Source: a virus
Lineage: Duplodnaviria; Caudoviricetes
Strand: one strand, 5' to 3'
DNA: 64,000 nt
Virus record (IMG/VR): IMGVR_UViG_3300032312_001422
Span: 1 to 64,000 of that record
Shown: positions 55,702 to 63,803 of the stretch, piece by piece
Position numbering within the stretch: the stretch's first letter is position 1
Layout: each line of letters opens with the position of its first letter
Translations under genes and position numbers: made by a program
Notes under the pieces: model-generated
What the model was told of the DNA's origin: nothing
Databases searched by the model: none
The model's input: the letters and a program-made list of their open reading frames with translations, nothing else

Positions 55702-56618
55702 TATCAAGCTACAATGAATGGGATCCAATTCGTTCAGTAGTAGTGGGTAGTGCAAAGTACGCAAACTGGCCCAGTCAAGATCCAGTGTTTTCTAGAGAAG
55801 CAGAAAAAACAACCTGGAAAGAAACACCGGTTCCCAGCGGACCAGTGCCAGACCATATTGTCAACGAAGCCAACGAAGATCTTAACGAACTAGCCCTTAC
55901 ACTACATCGTCTTGGTATACACGTTATTAGACCTAGTCCACGCAACTATCCTGTAACAGGAGGCATGTATAACTATTGTCCCAGAGATAGATTGTTAATC
56001 TATGGTAGCACCATTGTTGATCCTGCTATGATGTATCCGTGCCGTGATCAAGAGATTATTTGTTTAGAAGAAGTAACACACAAAAGCCACGACATTAGAG
56101 TAATGCCTAGAGATGCGGGCATGGTGTTTGATGCAGCCAATGTGTGTAGACTAAATGATACCTGGTTATACCTTGAAAGCGACAGTGGAAATAGACGAGC
56201 ATATGAATGGTTGTGTGATCAATTTCCTGCGGTTACTATAGAACTAGTTAACTTCTACTCTGGTGTGCATATTGACAGTACTATTGTTCCCCTGCGTGAA
56301 GGACTTGTTATGCTAAATGCCAGTCGTGTCTCAGAAGCCACAGTTCCCAAATGTTTGCAAAGTTGGGAAAAGATCTGGGTACACGATGTGGTAGCACAAG
56401 ACTTTTACAAGTACCCGTATGCCAGCAAATGGATTGCAATGAACATGTTGGTTGTAGATCCCAGCACAGTCATAGTAGATCGACACCAAGTAGAACTTAT
56501 TAAAACATTAGAAAGTCATCGATTCACAGTTATTCCCTTAGAACTGCGTCATAGTCGCACTTTGGGTGGAGGATTTCATTGTGTGACATTAGATTTATTG
56601 CGTTCTAGCAATAAATAG
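55698..56618 (+). CDS. Amidinotransferase (glycine/inosamine-phosphate type)
   Basis: SYNEWDP, CPRD, FDAAN (Asp), HIDST (His), GGGFHCVTLD (Cys) pentein triad. Confidence 0.9.
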   Translation: MISSYNEWDPIRSVVVGSAKYANWPSQDPVFSREAEKTTWKETPVPSGPVPDHIVNEANEDLNELALTLHRLGIHVIRPSPRNYPVTGGMYNYCPRDRLLIYGSTIVDPAMMYPCRDQEIICLEEVTHKSHDIRVMPRDAGMVFDAANVCRLNDTWLYLESDSGNRRAYEWLCDQFPAVTIELVNFYSGVHIDSTIVPLREGLVMLNASRVSEATVPKCLQSWEKIWVHDVVAQDFYKYPYASKWIAMNMLVVDPSTVIVDRHQVELIKTLESHRFTVIPLELRHSRTLGGGFHCVTLDLLRSSNK

Positions 56619-56622
56619 TAGT

Positions 56623-57351
56623 ATGACTTTTTCAGACTACACAGACGCGGTTCTTTCCGCTTTGATTTTTAATCCCCGCTTTGACGATGTGGTTGCACGT
56701 AAGCAGGAGATTCTTGACGGGGTTTATCGTACTGAAAATCTTGAACCGACCACGATTTTGTTTGTTGGATTCAATCCTGCTATTTTAAGTTGTCGAGCCA
56801 AAACTATTGCAGTTACAGAAATTAGTGACACAGCACAGGCGTTTCTTAAAACACACAATGTAAAATTTAATTACATTGATTCTGCAGATTTATCAAAATA
56901 TCAAAAACAATTTCAATGTGTTGTAGCAATGGATGAGTATTTCACCTTTGCTGACAGCGATCAAGCCCAGCAAGATAAAATAGCTAAAATTTGTAATTTG
57001 GCCACAGCATTTGTGGTAAGTACTATACGTGATTATAAAAACCAAGACTACAAAGATCGTGAATTTAGTCAACCAGTGGCAGTTAGAAATGGCAAAGACA
57101 CTAGAATTTTTTTAGAAAATCACAACTGGGATCTGAAAGATCGTACAAGATGGGACACCATGATTTACGAAATCGAAGAAAGCAGTTTAAAAACATACGG
57201 TATATTTGATCGTCGCACTATGTTTTTTAAACAGTTAGCAAAGTTTAGTATGGACGCAGGAGCCGTGAATTTCCTCGTGCATAAAAACCTGATGTACAAG
57301 AGTCTAATCAAAAAGAACTACGAGCATGTAGTTAGCATACAATTCGAGTAA
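56623..57351 (+). CDS. Possible degenerate SAM-methyltransferase-fold protein
   Basis: ILFVG, FQCVVAMDE pattern only; no clear GxGxG. Confidence 0.35.
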   Translation: MTFSDYTDAVLSALIFNPRFDDVVARKQEILDGVYRTENLEPTTILFVGFNPAILSCRAKTIAVTEISDTAQAFLKTHNVKFNYIDSADLSKYQKQFQCVVAMDEYFTFADSDQAQQDKIAKICNLATAFVVSTIRDYKNQDYKDREFSQPVAVRNGKDTRIFLENHNWDLKDRTRWDTMIYEIEESSLKTYGIFDRRTMFFKQLAKFSMDAGAVNFLVHKNLMYKSLIKKNYEHVVSIQFE

Positions 57352-57353
57352 AA

Positions 57354-58619
57354 ATGGATATTGACCAACACGTAAATCAAATAGTACAAAATCTAGTAAC
57401 AGAAATAACAACAAAAGTCCAACAGCAAGCTGCGGCCGCTGTTGAATCTAAAATTGCTGAAGTACTAGCGGCCATTGACACCAACACCATGTTGGCTGAA
57501 CGTCTCAGTCAAAAAATTGATGAGCGTCTGAGTCGTTTGCCAATCGATGCAAAAACTATACAATCAGAACTGACTGTCAGAGTCAATGATCTGGCTACAA
57601 ATTTGGCCACACAAGTTCAAAATAAATCCATACAAATAGTCAACGACACAATTCAACAACAAGTCAATGCTATTAATTTTCAAGAGTTGTGCCAAGCTTC
57701 GTTGATAACTGCTATACAATCCAATAGATTTTCTTTTCCCGACGCTAGTGTTCCGGGCATTGCAGTTGATGTCAGCACATTACGTGTGTCTGGGGAAAAT
57801 ATCACCGGCGGCATTATTAAAAGTTTTGGCAGTACTGGTATTGACGACAAAGCCACTGCTTGCCAATTGAGCATATTTGATGATGTAACTGTGATAGAAA
57901 ACAATTTGTTAACCCAAGACCTAACAGTCAAGGGCACCACAACAATTGAAGGAGATTTAGTTGTGACCGGTACGGTACCGAGAGATTCTGCTATGTTTGT
58001 CAGTCTAGTAGATTCTGTGTCCCTAGAAGTCAAAAACGGACTCAATCATGATGTGTTTAGTGGTTTCAGTGATTTGGTATTCAAACAGATACGTGACAAC
58101 GGTCTGGACCTTAACAAGATCACACTAAACGGCACCGAAATTGTCAACGGCGGCAATCTTTCCAACAACATCACGTTCAGTAATCTACAACGTGTGGGTA
58201 CTCTAGCAGAACTTCGTGTAGGCGGCGAAAGTTTGTTAAGTCAAACCTTATATACCACCAACAAACGTGTGGGTATTAACACAGTTGAACCGGCACATGC
58301 ACTCAGCATCTGGGATCAAGAAATTGAATTTGGATTCAGTAAACGTGAAACCAATGTGGCAATATTTGAAACTCCAAGAAATCAAAAACTAATTATCGGT
58401 ACCAACGGCAAAAACAACCTGACACTATTACCCGACGGAAGTGCCGCAGTTGATCGTATTAGCGTAGGTGCCGTGGTATTGTCCAGTGCCAGTGTGCCAC
58501 CAAACTATGATGCACCGCACGGTGCTATTGTGTTTAATTCAAGCCCCACCATTGGCGGACCATTGGGTTGGGTAAGTCTAGGCGGCGCCCGCTGGGCTAA
58601 TTTTGGATTTATTGATTAG
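57354..58619 (+). CDS. Coiled-coil virion fibre-like protein
   Basis: N-terminal coiled coil; RVGINT.EP..AL; terminal G.IVFNS.P..GG..GWV..G...W..FG.I. Confidence 0.65.
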   Translation: MDIDQHVNQIVQNLVTEITTKVQQQAAAAVESKIAEVLAAIDTNTMLAERLSQKIDERLSRLPIDAKTIQSELTVRVNDLATNLATQVQNKSIQIVNDTIQQQVNAINFQELCQASLITAIQSNRFSFPDASVPGIAVDVSTLRVSGENITGGIIKSFGSTGIDDKATACQLSIFDDVTVIENNLLTQDLTVKGTTTIEGDLVVTGTVPRDSAMFVSLVDSVSLEVKNGLNHDVFSGFSDLVFKQIRDNGLDLNKITLNGTEIVNGGNLSNNITFSNLQRVGTLAELRVGGESLLSQTLYTTNKRVGINTVEPAHALSIWDQEIEFGFSKRETNVAIFETPRNQKLIIGTNGKNNLTLLPDGSAAVDRISVGAVVLSSASVPPNYDAPHGAIVFNSSPTIGGPLGWVSLGGARWANFGFID

Positions 58620-59728
58620 TCAAACAACACGTGGGCCAGTGTGCCACTGAATTCTCGATACCAGTCACGTCCCATCATTACATTATAATTATGATCTACA
58701 ATGTCTCTACATTGGGCCAGGATCTGTTCTTGTGGCTGTTTGCATAACCACTTTAGTTGTTCTAATGCTGCATATTGACGTGTGGGATAGTGTTCTATTT
58801 CGTCATAACTTTCGTCAATGATGGTATCAAATGTTTGAAATCCTAGATCACGCAACATGGCCAAGCTGTATCTATTAGCAACCATGACAAATAATCTACG
58901 TGCCAAGATTGGTTTAACTGTTTTTTCTGTAAAGAACACACAGTCATTGTCACAGTTGGTTTCGCATACTAGACTGTATGCTGTTTGATTATAGATATTC
59001 AATGGCATGACCTGACTCAAACTCATAGTGTGCCCATAATACTTGACAGGCTCCACAGTCCATTGAACAGTCTCTTGTTCGGCTAATCCTTTGTCTTCCC
59101 ATATCCACTCTTTATCAGTTGTTTTTTGAAAGTCAATGTCATGAGTGTTTATATAAGTTACTATGCCCTTGTCTGCCAGACCTTGTTCGTGTATGAAATC
59201 ATACGCACGACTGCGATGCCGCTTTAAGCGACCAAGCAAGGCATCAAACATCAGGGGTTTAGGTTCGTAGGGATTCAATTGATATAAGGTTGTGGGACGC
59301 ACATGTTTATAAAAATGTACTGTGGTTGTAAACCAGTCTAGGAATGTGTATGTACGGCCGTTGTTCAATGGAGGAGTCAATCGCCCACACAGGAACCAAC
59401 GCATCTTAGGTAAGTCATGACGACGTATAAAGTCCACTGTGGATGCGTGTAACTCACTGCCAAGGAGAATTATCATATCTACATGATTGTAGATATCGGC
59501 TATTTCTTGGTCAATAATATTGTTTTTTGGATAGTTCGGATCACCGTAGGGGTACGGGACCTGAAAACAAGCAACTCGCCTGCTGTGCTTGGACTCAATA
59601 AAACGATCTACATCGTTATAGTAACTCCAATCATCAGCTGGGCGACCGCCTAGTTCTTTAAAATGAAACCTAAAAATAGGATTAGAACGCTCTGGGAAAT
59701 AAATCCCAACATCCTGAGTTGCTACCAA
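58616..59728 (-). CDS. Putative glycosyltransferase-like protein (EK..KPI family), copy 3
   Basis: FFTEKTVKPILARRLF.......L..LRDLGFQTF..IIDESYD. Confidence 0.5.
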   Translation of the reverse strand: MVATQDVGIYFPERSNPIFRFHFKELGGRPADDWSYYNDVDRFIESKHSRRVACFQVPYPYGDPNYPKNNIIDQEIADIYNHVDMIILLGSELHASTVDFIRRHDLPKMRWFLCGRLTPPLNNGRTYTFLDWFTTTVHFYKHVRPTTLYQLNPYEPKPLMFDALLGRLKRHRSRAYDFIHEQGLADKGIVTYINTHDIDFQKTTDKEWIWEDKGLAEQETVQWTVEPVKYYGHTMSLSQVMPLNIYNQTAYSLVCETNCDNDCVFFTEKTVKPILARRLFVMVANRYSLAMLRDLGFQTFDTIIDESYDEIEHYPTRQYAALEQLKWLCKQPQEQILAQCRDIVDHNYNVMMGRDWYREFSGTLAHVLFD

Positions 59729-59971
59729 TTATTTTTTAGCAGTTGTAGTTGCTTTTTTAACAGCAGTCTTGGCTCGGGTTGCTGTAGTTTTAGCTTTGGT
59801 TGCAACTTTTTTAACTTCGGCTTTTACTTCGGCTTTTACTTCTTCAACAACAGCCTGTGCTTCAGCTTGACTAACATGTCCGTCTTTGTTGACGTCGGCT
59901 TTTTTGGCGAATGAGGCAAAAGCAATGTATATGATTCCTAATGCCAATACTAAAACGATGATTAATTCCAT
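59729..59971 (-). CDS. Membrane-anchored EF-hand protein with Lys/Ala/Thr tail
   Basis: N-terminal TM; DVNKDGHVSQAE loop. Confidence 0.6.
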   Translation of the reverse strand: MELIIVLVLALGIIYIAFASFAKKADVNKDGHVSQAEAQAVVEEVKAEVKAEVKKVATKAKTTATRAKTAVKKATTTAKK

Positions 59972-60046
59972 TTTTAGATCTCCTTAATTGATGGATAGTA
60001 TTATTTAGTAGGTGTTTTATGACAACAATATTTTTGCCCAAAAAGG

Positions 60047-60084
60047 TTGCATTTTGTTGCAATGCAATATATAATTGCTAAATA
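60047..60084 (+). promoter_or_regulatory. sigma70 promoter with TGC-N3-GCA (PhaR-like) palindrome in the spacer, plus TAAATA
   Basis: TTGCAT-17-TATAAT; TTGC-AAT-GCAA at 60057-60067. Confidence 0.55.
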
Positions 60085-60096
60085 AAGTAGTAGCAC

Positions 60097-60153
60097 ACAA
60101 GATGCCGAACGGTTTGGGTCTTGTAATAACATTTCGCTTAAAAGGAAAATAAA
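60097..60153 (+). ncRNA. ROSE-like leader, second copy
   Basis: ACAAGA-TG-CC...GGG-TCTTGT hairpin; UUUC(G)CU pairing with AGGAAA. Confidence 0.55.
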
Positions 60154-60384
60154 ATGTTTAATTTCAAATCAGTAGTAGACCAAGTAGTAACAGCAAGTAA
60201 GCAACCTTTGACATTGGTTGAAGACAAAGCCATTCGTGCAAACCTAGAAACTCTAGTGGATTCTTATGCCGATTTTACCAAGACTGTTTACGACACCAAT
60301 TTAGAGTTGGCCAAGCAAGTAGTAGAAAGCACAAAATCTGTTGATTTTACCAAGGCTTTTGAAAAGTTTACAGCCACCAAGTAA
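60154..60384 (+). CDS. Phasin-like small helical protein
   Basis: Amphipathic Ala/Thr/Lys/Glu helices (QAEFTK-like YADFTKTVYDTNLELAKQ). Confidence 0.45.
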   Translation: MFNFKSVVDQVVTASKQPLTLVEDKAIRANLETLVDSYADFTKTVYDTNLELAKQVVESTKSVDFTKAFEKFTATK

Positions 60385-60408
60385 TCTGTTGTAGTAATAC
60401 AACACCCT

Positions 60409-60435
60409 AAAACCCCTGAAAAATGGGGTTTTTTT
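60409..60435 (+). terminator. Rho-independent terminator
   Basis: AAAACCCC-TGAAAAAT-GGGGTTTTTTT. Confidence 0.85.
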
Positions 60436-60451
60436 ACGGCCAAAATTTTGG

Positions 60452-60510
60452 TTGATCCATAAATCCATTAAATGTATAATGTATGTATAGTGATTAATAA
60501 GGAGCAAGCA
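60452..60510 (+). promoter_or_regulatory. Early promoter/RBS cassette
   Basis: TTGATC-17-TATAAT, TGTATAGT, AATAAGGAGCAA. Confidence 0.75.
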
Positions 60511-60783
60511 ATGAGCAAACTCACAGCATACACAGTAGAAATTTATAAAGCTGATCGCCGTGTTAAAGCGGGTCGTCGTTTGGTTGAAAAACGTGACTTT
60601 GATCCAGTAACCCAAGATTATATCAACAGCGTGGTTGGAGGATTTAAAGCTCGCGGCTTTATTGCAGAAGTCCACGAAACCTTTGTGACCAAGAAAAATC
60701 TTATGGGTGGTCGGGAATTCACCGAGCGTTATGATACTCCGCATTATTGCAGTCCTGCTTCCGAATCATACTGGAGCATGTAA
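60511..60783 (+). CDS. Early hypothetical protein
   Basis: SD-supported start 60511 (MSKLTAYTVEIYK). Confidence 0.75.
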   Translation: MSKLTAYTVEIYKADRRVKAGRRLVEKRDFDPVTQDYINSVVGGFKARGFIAEVHETFVTKKNLMGGREFTERYDTPHYCSPASESYWSM

Positions 60784-60807
60784 GTCAGCGGGCACTAACC
60801 TGCCCGG

Positions 60808-60865
60808 TTGACCCAAAAATACCATTAATGTATAATAGTTGTATAGTTAATAAAAAGGAGTAACA
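60808..60865 (+). promoter_or_regulatory. Early promoter/RBS cassette
   Basis: TTGACC-17-TATAAT, TGTATAGT, AAGGAG; CGGGCA/TGCCCG hairpin just upstream. Confidence 0.8.
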
Positions 60866-61165
60866 ATGAGCCAGAACCATTTAGATACGTTGACAGTTGA
60901 TGATTTACAAAGTTACTTCAGTGACTTTCATAAAGACTATTATGGTTTCCGTCCTCGTTTTGCTACTCCCGAAGAATGGCGTGATGCAGAGTGGCTGAAA
61001 CAGCAGATCACCTACATACATGATGAAATGGATCATATGAAAACCACACCTGAGGGTCGTGCTGAATTGCGTAGACAAGGTTGGGTAGTAGAAGAATCAG
61101 ACATTGATATGTTGGAACAGGCTGAACAGTCTGCCGATCAAGACGCTATCTATTACGGAGCATAA
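60866..61165 (+). CDS. Early hypothetical protein
   Basis: SDFHKDYYGFRPR motif. Confidence 0.75.
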   Translation: MSQNHLDTLTVDDLQSYFSDFHKDYYGFRPRFATPEEWRDAEWLKQQITYIHDEMDHMKTTPEGRAELRRQGWVVEESDIDMLEQAEQSADQDAIYYGA

Positions 61166-61166
61166 C

Positions 61167-61322
61167 ATGGGATTTTTCAAAGATATCCATATCGAAATCA
61201 TTGAATGGTTGGCCCGAGGCCGTTCAGTAGAAGAAACTTATATCTACTTCAAAGACTATGTGACCATGGAGCAGGTACAGGCCATTGCCAACCAAGAATA
61301 TGACTTGGACCCAATTGACTAA
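61167..61322 (+). CDS. Small hypothetical protein
   Basis: GGAG SD before ATG 61167. Confidence 0.6.
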   Translation: MGFFKDIHIEIIEWLARGRSVEETYIYFKDYVTMEQVQAIANQEYDLDPID

Positions 61323-61352
61323 CAATTTAAATTATCATATAATAATAATATT

Positions 61353-61586
61353 ATGAAACTAGATCGAAACAATTTTAAACTCAGCCATCATGCATGGCAC
61401 AAACGAACATTTGATCCTGCCAGTGCCGAAGACCTGCGTGTGTACCAAGATTTTTTGTTAAACAGCCGTTGGAAAAACGGATGTCCGTTTATCATTGAGT
61501 GGCCGTTTTTAACTGTGGCAGATCTAATCAAGCACAAAATTGTAAGGCATCATATTTCTGGGTTGATCAAACAGGCCCGGGTGTGA
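61353..61586 (+). CDS. Hypothetical protein
   Basis: Promoter TTGACT-17-TATAAT at 61315-61343. Confidence 0.7.
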   Translation: MKLDRNNFKLSHHAWHKRTFDPASAEDLRVYQDFLLNSRWKNGCPFIIEWPFLTVADLIKHKIVRHHISGLIKQARV

Positions 61587-61882
61587 AACTAGCGGCTGTC
61601 CTGTTGGTTGCGGTATCGTTGATTGGTTGTGCAACTGGCCATAGGTCCAGCCAGGCACTTACTTATGCCCAATTGGATTCCTTGCGTTACACCAATGCAG
61701 ATTGCCCACAGTTGGATCGCAATATTCAGTTTATTGAAACACAATTACGCCTTAAAGGTTTGCTTAATGCGGATCCAACCAAATTAAATGAGCCAGATAG
61801 AGTGTACAATGCCACAGCTCGCATACTGATATGGAATTTGCGTATTGGTTGCCATAACCCCACAAGGTTCAGTAACAAATGA
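61583..61882 (+). CDS. Lipoprotein
   Basis: GTG start overlapping the upstream stop; lipobox LIGC; two further Cys. Confidence 0.65.
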   Translation: MKLAAVLLVAVSLIGCATGHRSSQALTYAQLDSLRYTNADCPQLDRNIQFIETQLRLKGLLNADPTKLNEPDRVYNATARILIWNLRIGCHNPTRFSNK

Positions 61883-62448
61883 AACTGGCAATAACTTTGA
61901 CCTTGTGTTTGGCCGCATCAACCGCTATGGCTGATTGCTACCAACGCAGTAACATCAAGATAACGCAACAAAAAATCAATGGTGTACCCACTGACATACA
62001 GACGTTGACGACACCAGATGCCAAAGGACAAAAATGTGTGGCTAGATATAGACTACACATTGGCGATGCCTGGACCACGGTAGAAGGTACGGCTGTGGCA
62101 CGAACTGAAACAGAAGCCTGTGGCCAAGCCTTGGATATCAAACGTGGTGTGGCCCTGGAAGAAGTTGCTCCAGCCACAGTTGGTGCAGATCATCAATTGG
62201 TTTGCAGTGATTTACCAGACATTCGAGTGCGTCCAGTGCGTAAGGGAGAATTAATTTGGGAAAGCGAAGCAGACTTACACAGCCATCCTTTGGAAAGAAA
62301 ACAACCGTATTTTGTTTGGAAACAGGCTCGGTGTCGTAAATTTATTGAACGCACCAGCCTGGACCAAAACCTAATCATTTATCAAGGCGTCATGTGCCAA
62401 GCAACCACAGCCAAGAATTCAAAGTGGTTGGTACTTGACAAATATTAA
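61879..62448 (+). CDS. Exported Cys-rich protein
   Basis: Signal peptide ending AMA; six Cys in the mature part. Confidence 0.7.
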   Translation: MKLAITLTLCLAASTAMADCYQRSNIKITQQKINGVPTDIQTLTTPDAKGQKCVARYRLHIGDAWTTVEGTAVARTETEACGQALDIKRGVALEEVAPATVGADHQLVCSDLPDIRVRPVRKGELIWESEADLHSHPLERKQPYFVWKQARCRKFIERTSLDQNLIIYQGVMCQATTAKNSKWLVLDKY

Positions 62449-62495
62449 CCGTAATTGTATAATGTTGTTATAGTAACCAAACCGAAAGGTATAAA

Positions 62496-63209
62496 ATGAA
62501 GAAGCTTTTAATTGTTGTAGCAGTAACAGGTTTGCTTAGTGCCTGCGGATCTACCAAGCACCAGACTCGTGCAGACTTGTACCCTACAGGTCCAACCGCA
62601 GGTCAACAATCCAATGCAATCAGCCAAGCACCTGAGTGGATGACCAAATTGCCCAAAAGTGCCAATGCTGTGTACGAAAGTGCAACAGCAACGTCGGGCG
62701 ACTTTGCTATGGCAGATATGAAAGCCAAGGCCATCGCCTATGCCAAGATTTGTACCAGTGCCGGCGGCAAGGTGCGTAGCCAGACCAAGGTGTTTACACA
62801 AGACAATGGTACCACTACTACCGAAATGAGTGAAATGGCCATCCGTAGTATTTGCCCGGACATTGACATCACAGGTGTAGAAACTGTGGAAATGAAACAC
62901 GTGGCTGACGGCAATCGTATCCGTACCTATGTTCTAGTAGCTCTCCCAATTGGTGCGGCCAATACCATGAAAACTGCCAAAGAATCGGCTCGTGGCGCCA
63001 AAGAAGCTTTTCGAGAACTAGACGAAATTACTGGTAATTCCAAGGCTGAACCTGCAACACAAAAAGGCCAAGAAGTTAGTGTGGTCCGACCTGACGGTAG
63101 TACCAGTACCTTAAACTTGTTGCCAGTGGAAAACGAAGAGTATAAAGCTCGTCGTGCAGAAGCTATCAAAAAGCCTGGTGCTGTAGTAGGACAAGTTACC
63201 ATTAACTAA
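62496..63209 (+). CDS. Lipoprotein, LPP20-like
   Basis: Lipobox LSAC, APEW; promoter TTGACA-17-TATAAT at 62435-62463. Confidence 0.7.
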   Translation: MKKLLIVVAVTGLLSACGSTKHQTRADLYPTGPTAGQQSNAISQAPEWMTKLPKSANAVYESATATSGDFAMADMKAKAIAYAKICTSAGGKVRSQTKVFTQDNGTTTTEMSEMAIRSICPDIDITGVETVEMKHVADGNRIRTYVLVALPIGAANTMKTAKESARGAKEAFRELDEITGNSKAEPATQKGQEVSVVRPDGSTSTLNLLPVENEEYKARRAEAIKKPGAVVGQVTIN

Positions 63210-63285
63210 GCCGTTAATGATGTAATAAAGTGGTAGTTAATGCTCTCGTGAGGTACGTTATAAATACCTTAGCGAGGGCATTTTC

Positions 63286-63771
63286 ATGGCTAGACCCAAT
63301 CCCATCAGAGCAATTATGGAAGCTGAGCTTCCCAGCATTACGTATCAACGACGTATGCAGTTCCGTCCTAGCTATACGGATATTAACTACGTATATAATA
63401 TCTGTAATCGTTATCTTTTTGACAACCGACTAAGACGTCCAATGATCACACAAGGTAGCCGCAGGCAAACCTGGGGTTTCTGTGAGTGGGAAAACGATCT
63501 ACAAGATACAGGTAGTTATACCACAATCAAATTGATGGATAAATGGTTTTGTCCAGCCTGGTTTGTACAAACTCTAGCACATGAAATGGTGCATCAATAT
63601 CAGTGGGACATCACACGTTGGGAAGAATATGATGGCAAAATGCCAGAGTCTGGGGCTCACGGACCCAGCTTCTTTGCACACCGCGAACGTTTTGACTACT
63701 ATGGCCTTCGATTAAAAACATCATATGGTATGAAGCGTTGGTTCAAACACCAAAACTGGTACAAGTGCTAG
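63286..63771 (+). CDS. SprT-like metalloprotease domain protein
   Basis: TLAHEMVHQYQW ... HGPSF; TATAAATA at about 63260. Confidence 0.8.
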   Translation: MARPNPIRAIMEAELPSITYQRRMQFRPSYTDINYVYNICNRYLFDNRLRRPMITQGSRRQTWGFCEWENDLQDTGSYTTIKLMDKWFCPAWFVQTLAHEMVHQYQWDITRWEEYDGKMPESGAHGPSFFAHRERFDYYGLRLKTSYGMKRWFKHQNWYKC

Positions 63772-63803
63772 ACTAATCTGTAGTTTTCTGTTATAATAAT
63801 CCT

